Shown here one piece after another: positions 48,832-59,033 of a DNA stretch of 64,000 bases; position 1 is the first letter of the stretch; each line of letters begins with the position of its first letter. The stretch is from contig CAVRCF010000005.1 in the NCBI GenBank assembly GCA_963719505.1, positions 128,001 through 192,000 of the forward strand, given 5' to 3'. The stretch is from Halobacteriovoraceae bacterium (lineage in GTDB: Bacteria; Bdellovibrionota; Bacteriovoracia; Bacteriovoracales; Bacteriovoracaceae). The notes below the pieces were generated by a model. That model did no database searches, was not told where the DNA came from, and saw only the letters and a list, made by a program, of their open reading frames with translations. The translations under genes and the position numbers were made by a program.

Positions 48832-49341
48832 ATGAAAAAAACTTATTACGATATATTTATGATTGTTGGCTGTGTTGGAATGATTATACTTGCAAGTATA
48901 TACTATCTAATCATGCGCGATTTCATTCCTTCTTTGTTCATGTTAGCTATCTCTTTGGTCTTTTTTCTGTTTTCAAGAAGACAGGTTCCTGACTTGGAAG
49001 ACTTAGGTCTGATCCACGAAGATATGGATAAAAGGTTTGTTTGGGGTGATCCTCAAAAATACGTTTGGGATAATGAACAATTCAAAATGTTATTTACCGA
49101 ATACAAAATCGCTGATTTGAAAGGTAAAGGTAGTCCTGTCACAAACGGGGGAATTCTTGTTACAGTTATTCTTAAAGGCTCTATGCCCTCTACTTTAGAA
49201 GAGTTAATAAAGAATGAAGGTTTTGAAAAAGATGATGGGGATGAAAGTCATTTTTGGAAAGTGTCTAGGGAAAGTACTTACAGCCCCGTTTCTGTCCAGA
49301 AGTTAGCTACTCATTATCAAAGTGTCCTTGTCAAAGTTTAA
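48832..49341 (+). CDS. Hypothetical membrane protein
   Basis: 169-aa ORF with two N-terminal TM segments. Confidence 0.7.
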   Translation: MKKTYYDIFMIVGCVGMIILASIYYLIMRDFIPSLFMLAISLVFFLFSRRQVPDLEDLGLIHEDMDKRFVWGDPQKYVWDNEQFKMLFTEYKIADLKGKGSPVTNGGILVTVILKGSMPSTLEELIKNEGFEKDDGDESHFWKVSRESTYSPVSVQKLATHYQSVLVKV

Positions 49342-49352
49342 ATACCTCTTTC

Positions 49353-49381
49353 TTGACAGTCCTATAAAATAGACCTAAATT
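49353..49381 (+). promoter_or_regulatory. Sigma70-like promoter
   Basis: TTGACA-17bp-TAAATT. Confidence 0.55.
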
Positions 49382-49407
49382 GAAAATTCATCACCAAGGA
49401 GGTTCTT

Positions 49408-49461
49408 ATGAAAAATTCAAACACAATTTCAAATAGAACATCTTTGGGTCTTTTAAAATAA
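49408..49461 (+). CDS. Putative 17-aa leader peptide (MKNSNTISNRTSLGLLK)
   Basis: Strong AAGGAGG RBS between the promoter and the GNAT gene. Confidence 0.4.
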   Translation: MKNSNTISNRTSLGLLK

Positions 49462-49530
49462 TTAAATCCATCCATTTTTGTTCTTTATCTTAAGTTTAAT
49501 TTTTTAACTAATTTAAAGGGTATTATTATT

Positions 49531-50469
49531 ATGTCATCGAATCATGAAAATGTGCAGCTATTTGCTAAGGCTGCTTTAGATACGTTTAACCTAAAACAAT
49601 TTAGCATTGATAAAGAAAAGGCTCTTGTTGGTCTTAAAGATGATATTGGCTCTGAGTTTGAGGATTTAAATGCCAAGGAGACTAAGAAGGCGAGATGCGA
49701 TCATTTTAAAGTTACTGGAGCAAAGCCAAAGGGATATGAAGAAAAAGTTCTTTTCTTAGACTCAGGAAAAAGCGTTATTTATGGAATTCGGCATATGGGT
49801 GGGAACCCTGATTTACCATTTATTCAGTTCACTCCTAATTATCCAATATCTTCTAAAGCCGAGGCTTTAGAAGTATATGAGAAAGTTGGACATGAGTTTT
49901 TGGTGTTTAAACCAAAATATCTAAGCTTTTGGTCTAGAGATGAAATTGATGCAGACTTTTTAGGTTCAACCTTTATGGTTTCGACGTCAAATGAAATGAA
50001 AAATTTAAATGAATGGCCTCTAGAGAGAGATCTAAAATTTACTAAAATAACTGATGATTCTTACTATGAATGGTATGAAAACGGTTACAAAGAGTTTCAC
50101 GAGTCTTCTCCAGAATTAAGGGAGAAGGTTACCGTTAACAGTGTTGATTCGATGAGAGATTCAATGCAGGAAGGATTACTTTACTTTGTTGAGCTCAATG
50201 GACAAAGAATGGGGTTAATCGCTGGAGAGAAGAGTAAGCTTCTTGGTCACGACGGGCTCTATTTTCATGAAATATATATTTCTAAAAAATGGAAAGGCAA
50301 GGGAGTTGCTAAGGCTATCCAGAGAAAATTTGTAGCATCTAAAACTGCCGGACACGAATTTGTTTGGGGAACGATAGACTCTCACAATTTGCCGTCATAT
50401 AAAACTGCGAAGTCTAATGGAAGAATTCCCATTCGATTTGAGTGTTTTATCAATATAGTTTCAAAGTAA
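49531..50469 (+). CDS. Protein with a C-terminal GNAT acetyltransferase domain
   Basis: EIYISKKWKGKGVA acetyl-CoA motif A; N..S..A..NG. Confidence 0.75.
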   Translation: MSSNHENVQLFAKAALDTFNLKQFSIDKEKALVGLKDDIGSEFEDLNAKETKKARCDHFKVTGAKPKGYEEKVLFLDSGKSVIYGIRHMGGNPDLPFIQFTPNYPISSKAEALEVYEKVGHEFLVFKPKYLSFWSRDEIDADFLGSTFMVSTSNEMKNLNEWPLERDLKFTKITDDSYYEWYENGYKEFHESSPELREKVTVNSVDSMRDSMQEGLLYFVELNGQRMGLIAGEKSKLLGHDGLYFHEIYISKKWKGKGVAKAIQRKFVASKTAGHEFVWGTIDSHNLPSYKTAKSNGRIPIRFECFINIVSK

Positions 50470-50827
50470 AATATCAAAGAATTGTGAAAGGGAAGTGAGC
50501 TCTTATTTTAAAGTAAGAGTTCTTATCCTAATAAAGCTAGACGTCTCATTGGGCAACTAGGTGAGATCAGATTTTTCTATGACTTCGTGTTTATCCTTAA
50601 GTTTTTCTTAAACTTTTAAATTCAGATTTACTCCACATAAGGCTTATCTATCTCTATGGCACGCATGGGTTAAACCTTAACCTATGTTAACGAAACACCG
50701 ATTTTTGTAAGTACACCCTGTAGTAATTTCTAAAGATATTGAGATCGATCATTAGTTCCTCTATTTTGACATTAAAATTTATATTATCTAATTGAATGTT
50801 TGAAAAAACGAAGTCAGGAGTATCAAA

Positions 50828-51799
50828 ATGAAAAAAAGCCAGTCAATTTTTCAAAAAGGTGGATTATCTTTAATTCTACTTTTAAGTCTTACTTTCATCT
50901 CATCAAGTGCCTTTTCAGAAGTTATCAAAATTCCTGAGTTTAAGCATACTATTTGTTTAACAAATACTGCACAGATGCAAGAGCAGAAACTGTATCTTTC
51001 ATGTAATTATCGAAATTTTTTAGAGTTCTTAACTGGTGTGCGAAACAGTGAAGTTGAAAATGTTTTGGTAAATCAATACACAGAAGACAAAAAAAATGAA
51101 TTTGGAAAAACTAACTGCTACGAGTATCTTGTACCAAGACAGAAGGTGAGAATCAGAACCCGTGGTAAATTTATGTGTAGAATGAGAATGAGAGCTACTG
51201 CGATAACAAGTGCAGGTGTCACCCACTCAACAATGGATCAAGGTCTTGATGCTTTTAATTTAACTCTTTCTGCGACTTATTTTGGTCGGGAGATCTTTGG
51301 CGTAAATGAATTAACAATGAGTGGTATTCAGGCATCTATCGAGAGTTACCAAAGGTATTCAAACGGTAAATTTTATTTCAAGCCAATGAAACATATATCC
51401 CAAGATAGAGACATATTAGGTGGGATTCAAAATCCATATACACAAAGAATGGAATACTATTCTTGTAGAGAAAAGCGAGAAGCATATGGGAACGGTATTC
51501 CAGAGATAAATATCACTGAGTATCGCGGAAAAATCATTAAAGTCGAGTCCATCCCTGGTATGACTGAGGATACTGGCGTTTATGTTCCAGAGTTTAACGA
51601 TAACAATGGTGTCCTGGTTTCGTCTAGCTCTAATGGTCTTCATAAAGAATACGTGGTGAGAGCTAAAGATACTGATGGTAGAGAATATTGCCTAAAAGTT
51701 ATCGGCTCTTTTGAAGATGGCAGAAAGATGTATATGACTGATAATTCTTGTAAGTTCGAGGAAAAGGAAAGCCTAGGCTTCTGTATTAATCCGTCATAG
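50828..51799 (+). CDS. Secreted hypothetical protein
   Basis: Signal peptide, AGGAG RBS, several Cys. Confidence 0.75.
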   Translation: MKKSQSIFQKGGLSLILLLSLTFISSSAFSEVIKIPEFKHTICLTNTAQMQEQKLYLSCNYRNFLEFLTGVRNSEVENVLVNQYTEDKKNEFGKTNCYEYLVPRQKVRIRTRGKFMCRMRMRATAITSAGVTHSTMDQGLDAFNLTLSATYFGREIFGVNELTMSGIQASIESYQRYSNGKFYFKPMKHISQDRDILGGIQNPYTQRMEYYSCREKREAYGNGIPEINITEYRGKIIKVESIPGMTEDTGVYVPEFNDNNGVLVSSSSNGLHKEYVVRAKDTDGREYCLKVIGSFEDGRKMYMTDNSCKFEEKESLGFCINPS

Positions 51800-51867
51800 A
51801 TATTGAGGATACATTCACGCAAACTATTAAACTTTTTTAACTACCCCAAAAATAAGGAAAAACTAAC

Positions 51868-52638
51868 ATGAAAAAAATTATTTATTTATCAATTTGTACT
51901 ATTATTCTCTCAAATACAGCTTTAGCAGCTGATCAGGATTTTATCTGTAAAAAGGTATATGAAGACAAAATAGCTAAACTTGAATGAAGCTATGGCCTGC
52001 GTCGAGCTGGAAGATTTGTAGGCTTCTCTTTAGTTGGTGCCGCAGGTGTAGGGGCTCTCGTTTTAGGTGCAACTGCAGGTGGTTTAACTCCTCTAGGCGT
52101 CGCTCTTCTTGGTGGTGGATTAGGTGCACCATTTGGTGGTTCATTGGCCTTGGATATGGAGCCGGCTAAAGATGAACAGATAAAAATGGCCTATGAAGCT
52201 CAAGGCCTAATGAGAACAAGTCATGACGAGTTAGTTGATGAGGTGAGAGCTGAGCGAGAGGGTGTACTAGCTGAAGCTATCAATACATTTGAAAGTAAGT
52301 TAACTCATGCAGGCTTTAGAAGACAGGTTGTTGCTGAGGTTAATGAGCAGAGATTTCAAAATGGTCTACCACACTTAAATGATCAAGAAGCTATTGAAGA
52401 AAGAAAAGACGAGATAGAAAGTAGTATTTTACATGGAGAAATAGTTATTCATAACTCTATTTCATATGCACTAGAAATCTCAAAAAATAAAGGTTGGTTA
52501 TCTTCAGATGCCAATTATGATGACATGAGACTTTTATTAGTTAAAAATGAAAAAGAATTTTGTCCTGAGGGCAATCTTTCTGGCAAGCCTAAAGCCCTAC
52601 GCTTAAAAAAGGTTTTAAAGAATATCCTTAAAAAATAA
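51868..52638 (+). pseudogene. Secreted protein with a glycine-zipper hairpin, interrupted by an in-frame TGA (51985-51987)
   Basis: Signal peptide MKKIIYLSICTIILSNTALA; frame continues after the TGA into the 52144-52638 ORF. Confidence 0.75.
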
Positions 52639-52650
52639 AATCTCAGTTCA

Positions 52651-52687
52651 ATAAAAGCCGGTAGACATTAAATCTATCGGCTTTTAT
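52651..52687 (+). terminator. Rho-independent terminator
   Basis: ataaaagccggtaga-cattaaa-tctatcggcttttat. Confidence 0.8.
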
Positions 52688-52813
52688 ATTTCTTGGCGCC
52701 ACCATAGAAAGTCTTTGCCCTATAAATTTAACCCAGAGACTAAAAGGGTCACTATCTAGAGTCATTAAGCCCCTTTATTATCCTTAAATATTGAAAATCA
52801 CATATATTCTTCT

Positions 52814-52829
52814 TGGCATTCTTTTGGCA
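52814..52829 (+). promoter_or_regulatory. Possible sigma54 promoter
   Basis: TGGCATTCTTTTGGCA, GG-N10-GC spacing. Confidence 0.35.
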
Positions 52830-52867
52830 ACTAAGATGATTAGATATTTGTCACCAAGGAGGGTTGC

Positions 52868-52993
52868 ATGAATTTAATGAGATTGGCCTTTATTATTTCC
52901 CTTACTCTTTCACTTGATCTTAAGGCTTCTGATGAGAACTTTACGATTAAAGAGACACAAGTTCAGACTGTAAAATACTGGGTGATTGATTAG
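52868..52993 (+). CDS. Small 41-aa protein with a signal-peptide-like N-terminus
   Basis: AAGGAGG RBS; MNLMRLAFIISLTLSLDLKASDENFTIKETQVQTVKYWVID. Confidence 0.5.
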   Translation: MNLMRLAFIISLTLSLDLKASDENFTIKETQVQTVKYWVID

Positions 52994-53069
52994 TTGATTG
53001 TTTTAGTATTTTAGTTTAAGGATTTTTTAATATTACTTAAAAAATAAGCTAAATATCCGATAAGTCGAT

Positions 53070-54413
53070 GTGAAGCTTTTTATTCAATTAATATTCATTT
53101 TATCATCTCAGTATTCTATGGCCCAGGATCTTCAAAGCGTAGTGAAAGATTCTGATATGGTTTTAAAAAGTTTATCCAATATTCAAAACTGGAGCGCTAA
53201 TTGCTCTGATGGCCCAGATGCAATTAAAAATAAAGCCACCAATACTTATGATTGTGCCTGTGATGAAAGTAAAGATCGCGAACAAGAATATGTGGTCGTC
53301 CCAAAAGAGCATAAGCTTAATACAAAACATGGAATAAGACTTATTGGTGTCAATACAAAGTTTAAAGTGGTCAATGAAAATCATATCGCTCATTACCTAG
53401 GTGTTGAGGGAGATGATCGTGGTAATACATTTGGTGGAGACATAGGCATCGGTGCCCAGTTTAAAACATCTAAGAATAGAATACGAGTAGGTCTTGATTA
53501 TAAACTTCGTCAATACACTCTTCCCATCGAGGGATATACATTAATCAATAAAGAAAAAGATCAGTTACAAGTCTTTGCAAGAGATCGTGACAATGGGACA
53601 TTCCACCTCGATACACGGACAAGAAGGGAACTTCAAAAAGAATATGGATCAGAAGAATTTTTAAAAAACCAAGCTTCTGTTACGATGGATATTCTTGAAG
53701 TCGACATGGTGATTGAAAGACCAAAAAGTAAAAATGGTATAGGCCTTGAATATGGAATTGGTGTGGGTTATAAAACCTTAGATGACTCTACCGACCAGCT
53801 CGGGGCCAATATTCAAGACAACCATCACAGTAGTCAGAAAATTTATCGCTTTGAATGGGATAGTTTCTCGAACCTTTTAATTGGTGGTAAAGAAAATTAT
53901 CTGACTTTGAGACCTAAAGCTAAAATAAACTTTCCTGACCTTACTCATGGTATATGTACTTTAAAATCAAGCACCGAGTTTTCAGTGCTCTTTAATACTC
54001 CCATTCAAAAATCATCGCCCAATTATTCACTCAACACGGTTGAGCCAAGCTTTCGCTCCAGTTTTGAAGTAGGACTTATCCCCCTAAAGAAAAATAAAGA
54101 TAACTCTGTCTTTGAGCTCTATGCCAACTATGCCTATGACCCAAATAATCGATTACCAACAAACACTGATCCTGGAAATAAGTCACTTTTAACGACGGGC
54201 CTTAAAATAAATGGAAACTTAGGGAAGAGAACAAGCTTCTACATTATTCCGATTGAATTTTTCATTCCTATGGGAAAGAAAGATGAAAAGAATATTTTAG
54301 GAAAAGACTTTTTGGAGGTTGATGGTCAATACATCAAAGCTAAAGAGCTTGACCGAGATGTGCTAGGAACATGGGGCGAAGTTGGCCTTACTTATCGAAT
54401 AAGAAAAAATTAG
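53070..54413 (+). CDS. Secreted / outer-membrane protein with weak resemblance to LpxR (DUF2219)
   Basis: Signal peptide, NE...DDRGNTFG and IQDNHH motifs, beta-strand pattern. Confidence 0.5.
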   Translation: MKLFIQLIFILSSQYSMAQDLQSVVKDSDMVLKSLSNIQNWSANCSDGPDAIKNKATNTYDCACDESKDREQEYVVVPKEHKLNTKHGIRLIGVNTKFKVVNENHIAHYLGVEGDDRGNTFGGDIGIGAQFKTSKNRIRVGLDYKLRQYTLPIEGYTLINKEKDQLQVFARDRDNGTFHLDTRTRRELQKEYGSEEFLKNQASVTMDILEVDMVIERPKSKNGIGLEYGIGVGYKTLDDSTDQLGANIQDNHHSSQKIYRFEWDSFSNLLIGGKENYLTLRPKAKINFPDLTHGICTLKSSTEFSVLFNTPIQKSSPNYSLNTVEPSFRSSFEVGLIPLKKNKDNSVFELYANYAYDPNNRLPTNTDPGNKSLLTTGLKINGNLGKRTSFYIIPIEFFIPMGKKDEKNILGKDFLEVDGQYIKAKELDRDVLGTWGEVGLTYRIRKN

Positions 54414-55552
54414 TTTTTCTCCAAATGCTTAAGCACCGCAACTATAGGCTCCAGCATATCAAAACCAAGTTTCTGGCTTCTTTCTCCACTCCATCCAAAC
54501 TCATGAGAGGGATGATTCTTATTGTCTTTAAAAGGCATCTCAAGCGTATAGGCCATGCAGCCAAATCTATTGGCGATTGCTGTGGTCGCTATGCTCAGAT
54601 TTCCTTGTCCTGGTTTAGACAGGGGATACCCAAACTCAGTTTGAAACTCTTTAGTGGCTTTTAGAAAAGCATCTTTAAAAATGGTTTCTTGTTTTGCAAT
54701 GTCATCGGTATAAGTTGGATTTCCTTCACTTCCTGCAACAAAATTATAAGGAAGGTTTTCATCTCCGTGAATATCTAAAAACAAATCAACGCCAATCTTA
54801 TCCATCTCGGCTCTTGTGTAAAAAACCTCGGGACCAGTTTCTAGGCTTGGTTCTTTCCATTCTCTATTGAGGTTAGTCCCTTTAGCGTTGGTTCTCAGGT
54901 GCCCTCTAAAAGAGCCGTCTGGATTCATATTGGGAATAATATAAAAGTTGGCTTTAGCTAAAGCCTCTGTCGTCAAGCTATCATTTTTGTCAAGGAGTCG
55001 ATTGAGAAAACCTTCAACGAACCACTCGGCCATGGTTTCACCTGGGTGCTGCCTTGCTATCATCCAAACATTTAATTTCTTTGTGTCAGAGCCAACTTTT
55101 AAAAGATCGATATCTCTGTTATCAAAAGTTTTTCCAATTGATTTTAAAGAACAATTCTCAAAGCTTTGAGAATGAGCGATTAAATCGAGATGCCTTTCAT
55201 GACTATAGGGAGTGAAATAAGACAAATAGAATGAATCGTGTTGGGGGGTATGACTTATCTCTAATTCTTCTCCATCAAAGACTGTATCGACTCTAAACCA
55301 ATTTTTTCTATCGTAAGAGCAGACGGCTCTGTATTCCTTCCACCCCGGAGGGTAGGAGCTATCTTTGGCATTGATAATTTTTAAGGTATGGGGAGTATTC
55401 TTTGTTGAGGTTACTCTAAAGTAGAACCACTGAAAAAACTCAGATTGATGGTCTTTATTTATCTCAAGAGTAATCTTGTTGGCGTCGTCACAATTGATCA
55501 CCTTTATATTACCACCGTCAAAGTCTGATGAAATCTGTATGTCTTTTTGCAT
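54410..55552 (-). CDS. M14 cytosolic carboxypeptidase
   Basis: FDGGN, QWFYF, RQHPGE, NPDG, NLNR.W, DIHGDE, TLEMP. Confidence 0.92.
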   Translation of the reverse strand: MQKDIQISSDFDGGNIKVINCDDANKITLEINKDHQSEFFQWFYFRVTSTKNTPHTLKIINAKDSSYPPGWKEYRAVCSYDRKNWFRVDTVFDGEELEISHTPQHDSFYLSYFTPYSHERHLDLIAHSQSFENCSLKSIGKTFDNRDIDLLKVGSDTKKLNVWMIARQHPGETMAEWFVEGFLNRLLDKNDSLTTEALAKANFYIIPNMNPDGSFRGHLRTNAKGTNLNREWKEPSLETGPEVFYTRAEMDKIGVDLFLDIHGDENLPYNFVAGSEGNPTYTDDIAKQETIFKDAFLKATKEFQTEFGYPLSKPGQGNLSIATTAIANRFGCMAYTLEMPFKDNKNHPSHEFGWSGERSQKLGFDMLEPIVAVLKHLEKN

Positions 55553-55643
55553 GTTAATTCTCCTTTTGCGTTAGTATAATTCTTCTGCTCTATTAATTCA
55601 CCTTTAAATTGCCCATCATTGGAATTTTACTTATACTCCTGTG

Positions 55644-56081
55644 ATGAGTGATCTTTATGAATTTGTTTTAAAGCGTACGGCCAATATTTCTGACATTACT
55701 TGTCGAAAGCTCTATGGATTGGACGCTTTTTATATTAGTGATAAGCCTTTTATTGTGATTTCTGCAAAGGATCAGATTATTGTCAAAGTAGAGGATTTTG
55801 AAGTTAGAAAGAGTCTTCAAAAAATACCAAATATAGAGCTTTGGAAGTTAGGTTCTAAAATTATGGAAGACTGGTTTGTCCTTCCTGAAACTTATAATAA
55901 AAAGAAAAATAAACTCTCTCCTGTTATAGAGATGACGGCAAAAGTTCTTCTCAATCCAAAGAAAAAGCCCAAGAAAAAGAAAGTAAAATCTAAAAAAATT
56001 CAAATGACACCCAAAAGAGAATCTAAAGTCAAAGAAGATGAACCGTTTTTAAAAAAGCTCTTTAAAAAAATATTCAAATAA
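55644..56081 (+). CDS. TfoX/Sxy N-terminal-like protein with a basic tail
   Basis: RKLYG..AFY..DKPF pattern, M.DW..LP. Confidence 0.55.
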   Translation: MSDLYEFVLKRTANISDITCRKLYGLDAFYISDKPFIVISAKDQIIVKVEDFEVRKSLQKIPNIELWKLGSKIMEDWFVLPETYNKKKNKLSPVIEMTAKVLLNPKKKPKKKKVKSKKIQMTPKRESKVKEDEPFLKKLFKKIFK

Positions 56082-56236
56082 GTCGAATAGGCGCTTTTTA
56101 TTGATGCGTAAAGCACAGGTGCTCAGTTTTATTCTTCTTTGCCTAGACAAAGGTTAGTTGTGTAGCGTTTGAGGTATAAAGATATTTGCGTCTTAACTAT
56201 CCTTTGGTGGTTATTAATGAATCAAAAGGAATAGTG

Positions 56237-56917
56237 ATGAAAAAGAAAGTTTTAGTTTTTTTAACCAATCATGCCACACTTGGAGAAGAGAAAGAGAAGA
56301 ATGGAACCTATCTGGCCGAACTGACTCATGCAGTAGAGGAGTTTAGCAAAGCAGATATTGGTTATGATCTCGTTTCTATTGACGGTGGTAGTGCTCCAAT
56401 TTATGGACATGAAGATGCGGATAATAAAGATCCTATGAATGAGAAGTACCTGTCTGACGAAGAATTTATGTCAAAGCTTAATAATACTCATAAAGCTTCA
56501 GATATTAAAGCATCCAACTACGATGCTGTCTTCTATCCAGGGGGATATGGACTTCTCTACGATCTCGCTAAAAATGAAGAGGTTGCAAATATCACAAAAG
56601 GTCTTTATGAAAACAATAAGACAGTGGCCGCTGTTTGCCATGGTCCGGGTGGACTTCTTCCTATTGTTCTCTCAAATGGTAAATCGATTCTTGATGGTAA
56701 ACATATTACAGGTTTTACGAGGGAGGAGGAGATAGCATTTGGTACTATTGATAAGATTCCTTATCTTTTAGAGGAGAGTCTAATGCACAAGGCTTATAAG
56801 TACTCAAAGCTTCAACCTGGTGTTGAGCATGTTATTGTCGATGGGCATTTGATTACTGGTCAAAACCCTTCTTCAGCCGGCGCTGTTGGAAGAGAAATCG
56901 TTAAACAACTTCAATAG
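56237..56917 (+). CDS. DJ-1/PfpI family (class I glutamine amidotransferase-like) protein
   Basis: E.TH, FYPGGYG, AVCHGP, LITGQNP.S. Confidence 0.92.
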   Translation: MKKKVLVFLTNHATLGEEKEKNGTYLAELTHAVEEFSKADIGYDLVSIDGGSAPIYGHEDADNKDPMNEKYLSDEEFMSKLNNTHKASDIKASNYDAVFYPGGYGLLYDLAKNEEVANITKGLYENNKTVAAVCHGPGGLLPIVLSNGKSILDGKHITGFTREEEIAFGTIDKIPYLLEESLMHKAYKYSKLQPGVEHVIVDGHLITGQNPSSAGAVGREIVKQLQ

Positions 56918-56925
56918 TATAATTT

Positions 56926-56956
56926 TTGCTCATATCTTATTTGAGGATATGAGCAA
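56926..56956. terminator. Hairpin between convergent genes (probable bidirectional terminator)
   Basis: ttgctcatatctt...gaggatatgagcaa. Confidence 0.7.
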
Positions 56957-57751
56957 TTAAAATTTAATCACAGCTGCTCTTGAACCTATGACAACATTTT
57001 GTAGGTTTTCAATCATGCCCTGTCTTATCAAACTTTTTGTTGGAACAGTGATGATATTTGAAAGAATGTATTGTGTAACTAAGGTTTCATTTGCATTTTG
57101 ATATTCATAAATAATAAGGGCACTGGCCATTTTAGCGGTCCTAAAAAACATCACTCTTCCAAAGCTGTCTTGTTGCATAAATGAGACTTTCATTTTTCCC
57201 TCAGTCATCTTTTTAGGGTCAATTTGTTTCATTATCTTCAACTTTGGATCATCTGCTTTTAGAAAACGAACTGAAACATTAAAATCGGGAGTCATAAAAG
57301 ATCCCCCTACATGAAAGCCGTTAACAATCTTTGTGACTTCGTATTGGGGAAGAGTTTGTTGAAGGTACTCTTTACTTGTAAATTTATCTTCATCGACTTT
57401 CTCTATAGAAATAGGGAGAAGGTAGCTAAATTTAGAAACTGCTAAATAGTGCTCCTCTTTAGGTTCCCACAGATTCTCTACATCTAGAGGTAGGAAAAAG
57501 TCTGCTATGACGGAAGCCTTGGTTTTTGATTGCTCGGCGGTGAGATTTTTAAAATGCAGGCTTCCGTCTTTCTCTACTTGTTTTAAAAGAGTATAGAAAT
57601 ACTGAAAGTCTCCCTCTCTTAGGGAATCAAGCTTTATTTGATAGTCAAGTTTGTCTTCAAGGAGGGCTTCATTGTCTTTTGCCAAGACTCCAAAGGAGAG
57701 TAATAATAAAAGGAGCGAAGCCCATGAGAAATGTGATTCTTTATCTTTCAT
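56957..57751 (-). CDS. Secreted hypothetical protein
   Basis: 264-aa ORF with a signal peptide. Confidence 0.7.
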   Translation of the reverse strand: MKDKESHFSWASLLLLLLSFGVLAKDNEALLEDKLDYQIKLDSLREGDFQYFYTLLKQVEKDGSLHFKNLTAEQSKTKASVIADFFLPLDVENLWEPKEEHYLAVSKFSYLLPISIEKVDEDKFTSKEYLQQTLPQYEVTKIVNGFHVGGSFMTPDFNVSVRFLKADDPKLKIMKQIDPKKMTEGKMKVSFMQQDSFGRVMFFRTAKMASALIIYEYQNANETLVTQYILSNIITVPTKSLIRQGMIENLQNVVIGSRAAVIKF

Positions 57752-57754
57752 AGT

Positions 57755-58447
57755 TTAATACTTTTTGCTTTCTGTTCCCATCCACTTATCCCAAAAAGTG
57801 AAATAGAGTCCATAGTTTGTCTTAAATTCTTTGTGGTGGAGCGCGTGGTGTGAAGCCCCGATAAGTTGATTAAAGGGAAATGTATGTCTAAAAAATTTGG
57901 GATAGATTTCGTGGTTAAGATGATTAATGGTTGCCGACACACTCATGAGTGTGAGGAGAAAAATGATGCTGTAAAGGTGCAGAGGCACTACTAAAACAAT
58001 GAGATAAAAAGGAAGCACCTGAAAGAGAGTTTCTAGGGGATCAAAGGCGAAAGCTGTCCAGGAGGAGACTTCAACTGAATCGTGGTGACCTTTGTGCAAA
58101 AGGCGATAGAGTTTTTTATGGTGCATGATTCTATGAAGCCAATAATAGTATGTTTCATGGATAAACATAGCAGCGGCTATACTCAAAGGATGATACCAAA
58201 GGGGATAGCTAGTATCCGCCAAATTAATTTTACCGTTTAACCAAAGAGCATAGAATCCTGCGAATGAGAGTCCAAAAATGATTGATGAATAAAGAGAGAG
58301 GATAATTTCCTTTTTTCTTTGATTCTCGGGACGCTTAAAAACAAAAATCTTTTGATGTTTAGAGTTTTTTACCACTTTTTCAACAATGATACTCAATATT
58401 ATGTAGCGGATGAAAATGGCTGTGATGAGGATGAGAGCGACTATCAT
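57755..58447 (-). CDS. Sterol desaturase / fatty-acid hydroxylase family protein
   Basis: YW.HR.MH, HKGHH, NH, HHALHH, NYG..F.FWD..GT. Confidence 0.92.
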   Translation of the reverse strand: MIVALILITAIFIRYIILSIIVEKVVKNSKHQKIFVFKRPENQRKKEIILSLYSSIIFGLSFAGFYALWLNGKINLADTSYPLWYHPLSIAAAMFIHETYYYWLHRIMHHKKLYRLLHKGHHDSVEVSSWTAFAFDPLETLFQVLPFYLIVLVVPLHLYSIIFLLTLMSVSATINHLNHEIYPKFFRHTFPFNQLIGASHHALHHKEFKTNYGLYFTFWDKWMGTESKKY

Positions 58448-58448
58448 A

Positions 58449-58853
58449 TTAAAACTGTTTGAGCTCTATATTGACTTTATTATTAACTTTTCGGACTTTA
58501 AATTTAGCGTTTTCAAATGAAGGAGGGCCCATTACTCCCAAGACATTATTTGAAAAACCAAAAGCTTCTTTAGGAATACTGATGAAGTTCGTGTCCAATT
58601 TCTTGTTCTCATTTTCATCATGAAAAAGAGAAATAGCGTAGTCACCTTCTGGAAGATCGATTTTATACGGAAAACTCTTGATAGATATAAAATCTTTGAA
58701 AATAGCCTTCTTCGCCTTATCAGGAAATCCTATCTCTGAATTAAAGATTACGATTCCAACACTTCCAAGATCTGACGGCTTTTTAGACAAATCAATTTCT
58801 AAGTCATAGCTATGACTCAATGTGCTTAAAACGATCAAAAAAAGATATTTCAT
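58449..58853 (-). CDS. DUF2141 family protein
   Basis: YAIS.FHDEN.NKKLD.N...IPKE.FGFSNN...GPPSF. Confidence 0.88.
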   Translation of the reverse strand: MKYLFLIVLSTLSHSYDLEIDLSKKPSDLGSVGIVIFNSEIGFPDKAKKAIFKDFISIKSFPYKIDLPEGDYAISLFHDENENKKLDTNFISIPKEAFGFSNNVLGVMGPPSFENAKFKVRKVNNKVNIELKQF

Positions 58854-59033
58854 GGGAAATTCTTATCAAATGGGGCTTCAAATGAAAACTCCAAAAGTAG
58901 ACACAAGCAACGGGGGCCAATGGTCTGTCTCTTTTCAACTGTACCCTTGAAAATAATTCATAGTATAAGCGTTGTCTTGGTAAAAATGAAAGTAAGTGCG
59001 TTATATATGGAAAAATTTAAAAACGGGGTATAT

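Noticed and set aside
51985-52040. In-frame UGA as selenocysteine
   Set aside because: No redox motif context and no convincing SECIS hairpin seen. A nonsense change or sequencing error is simpler.
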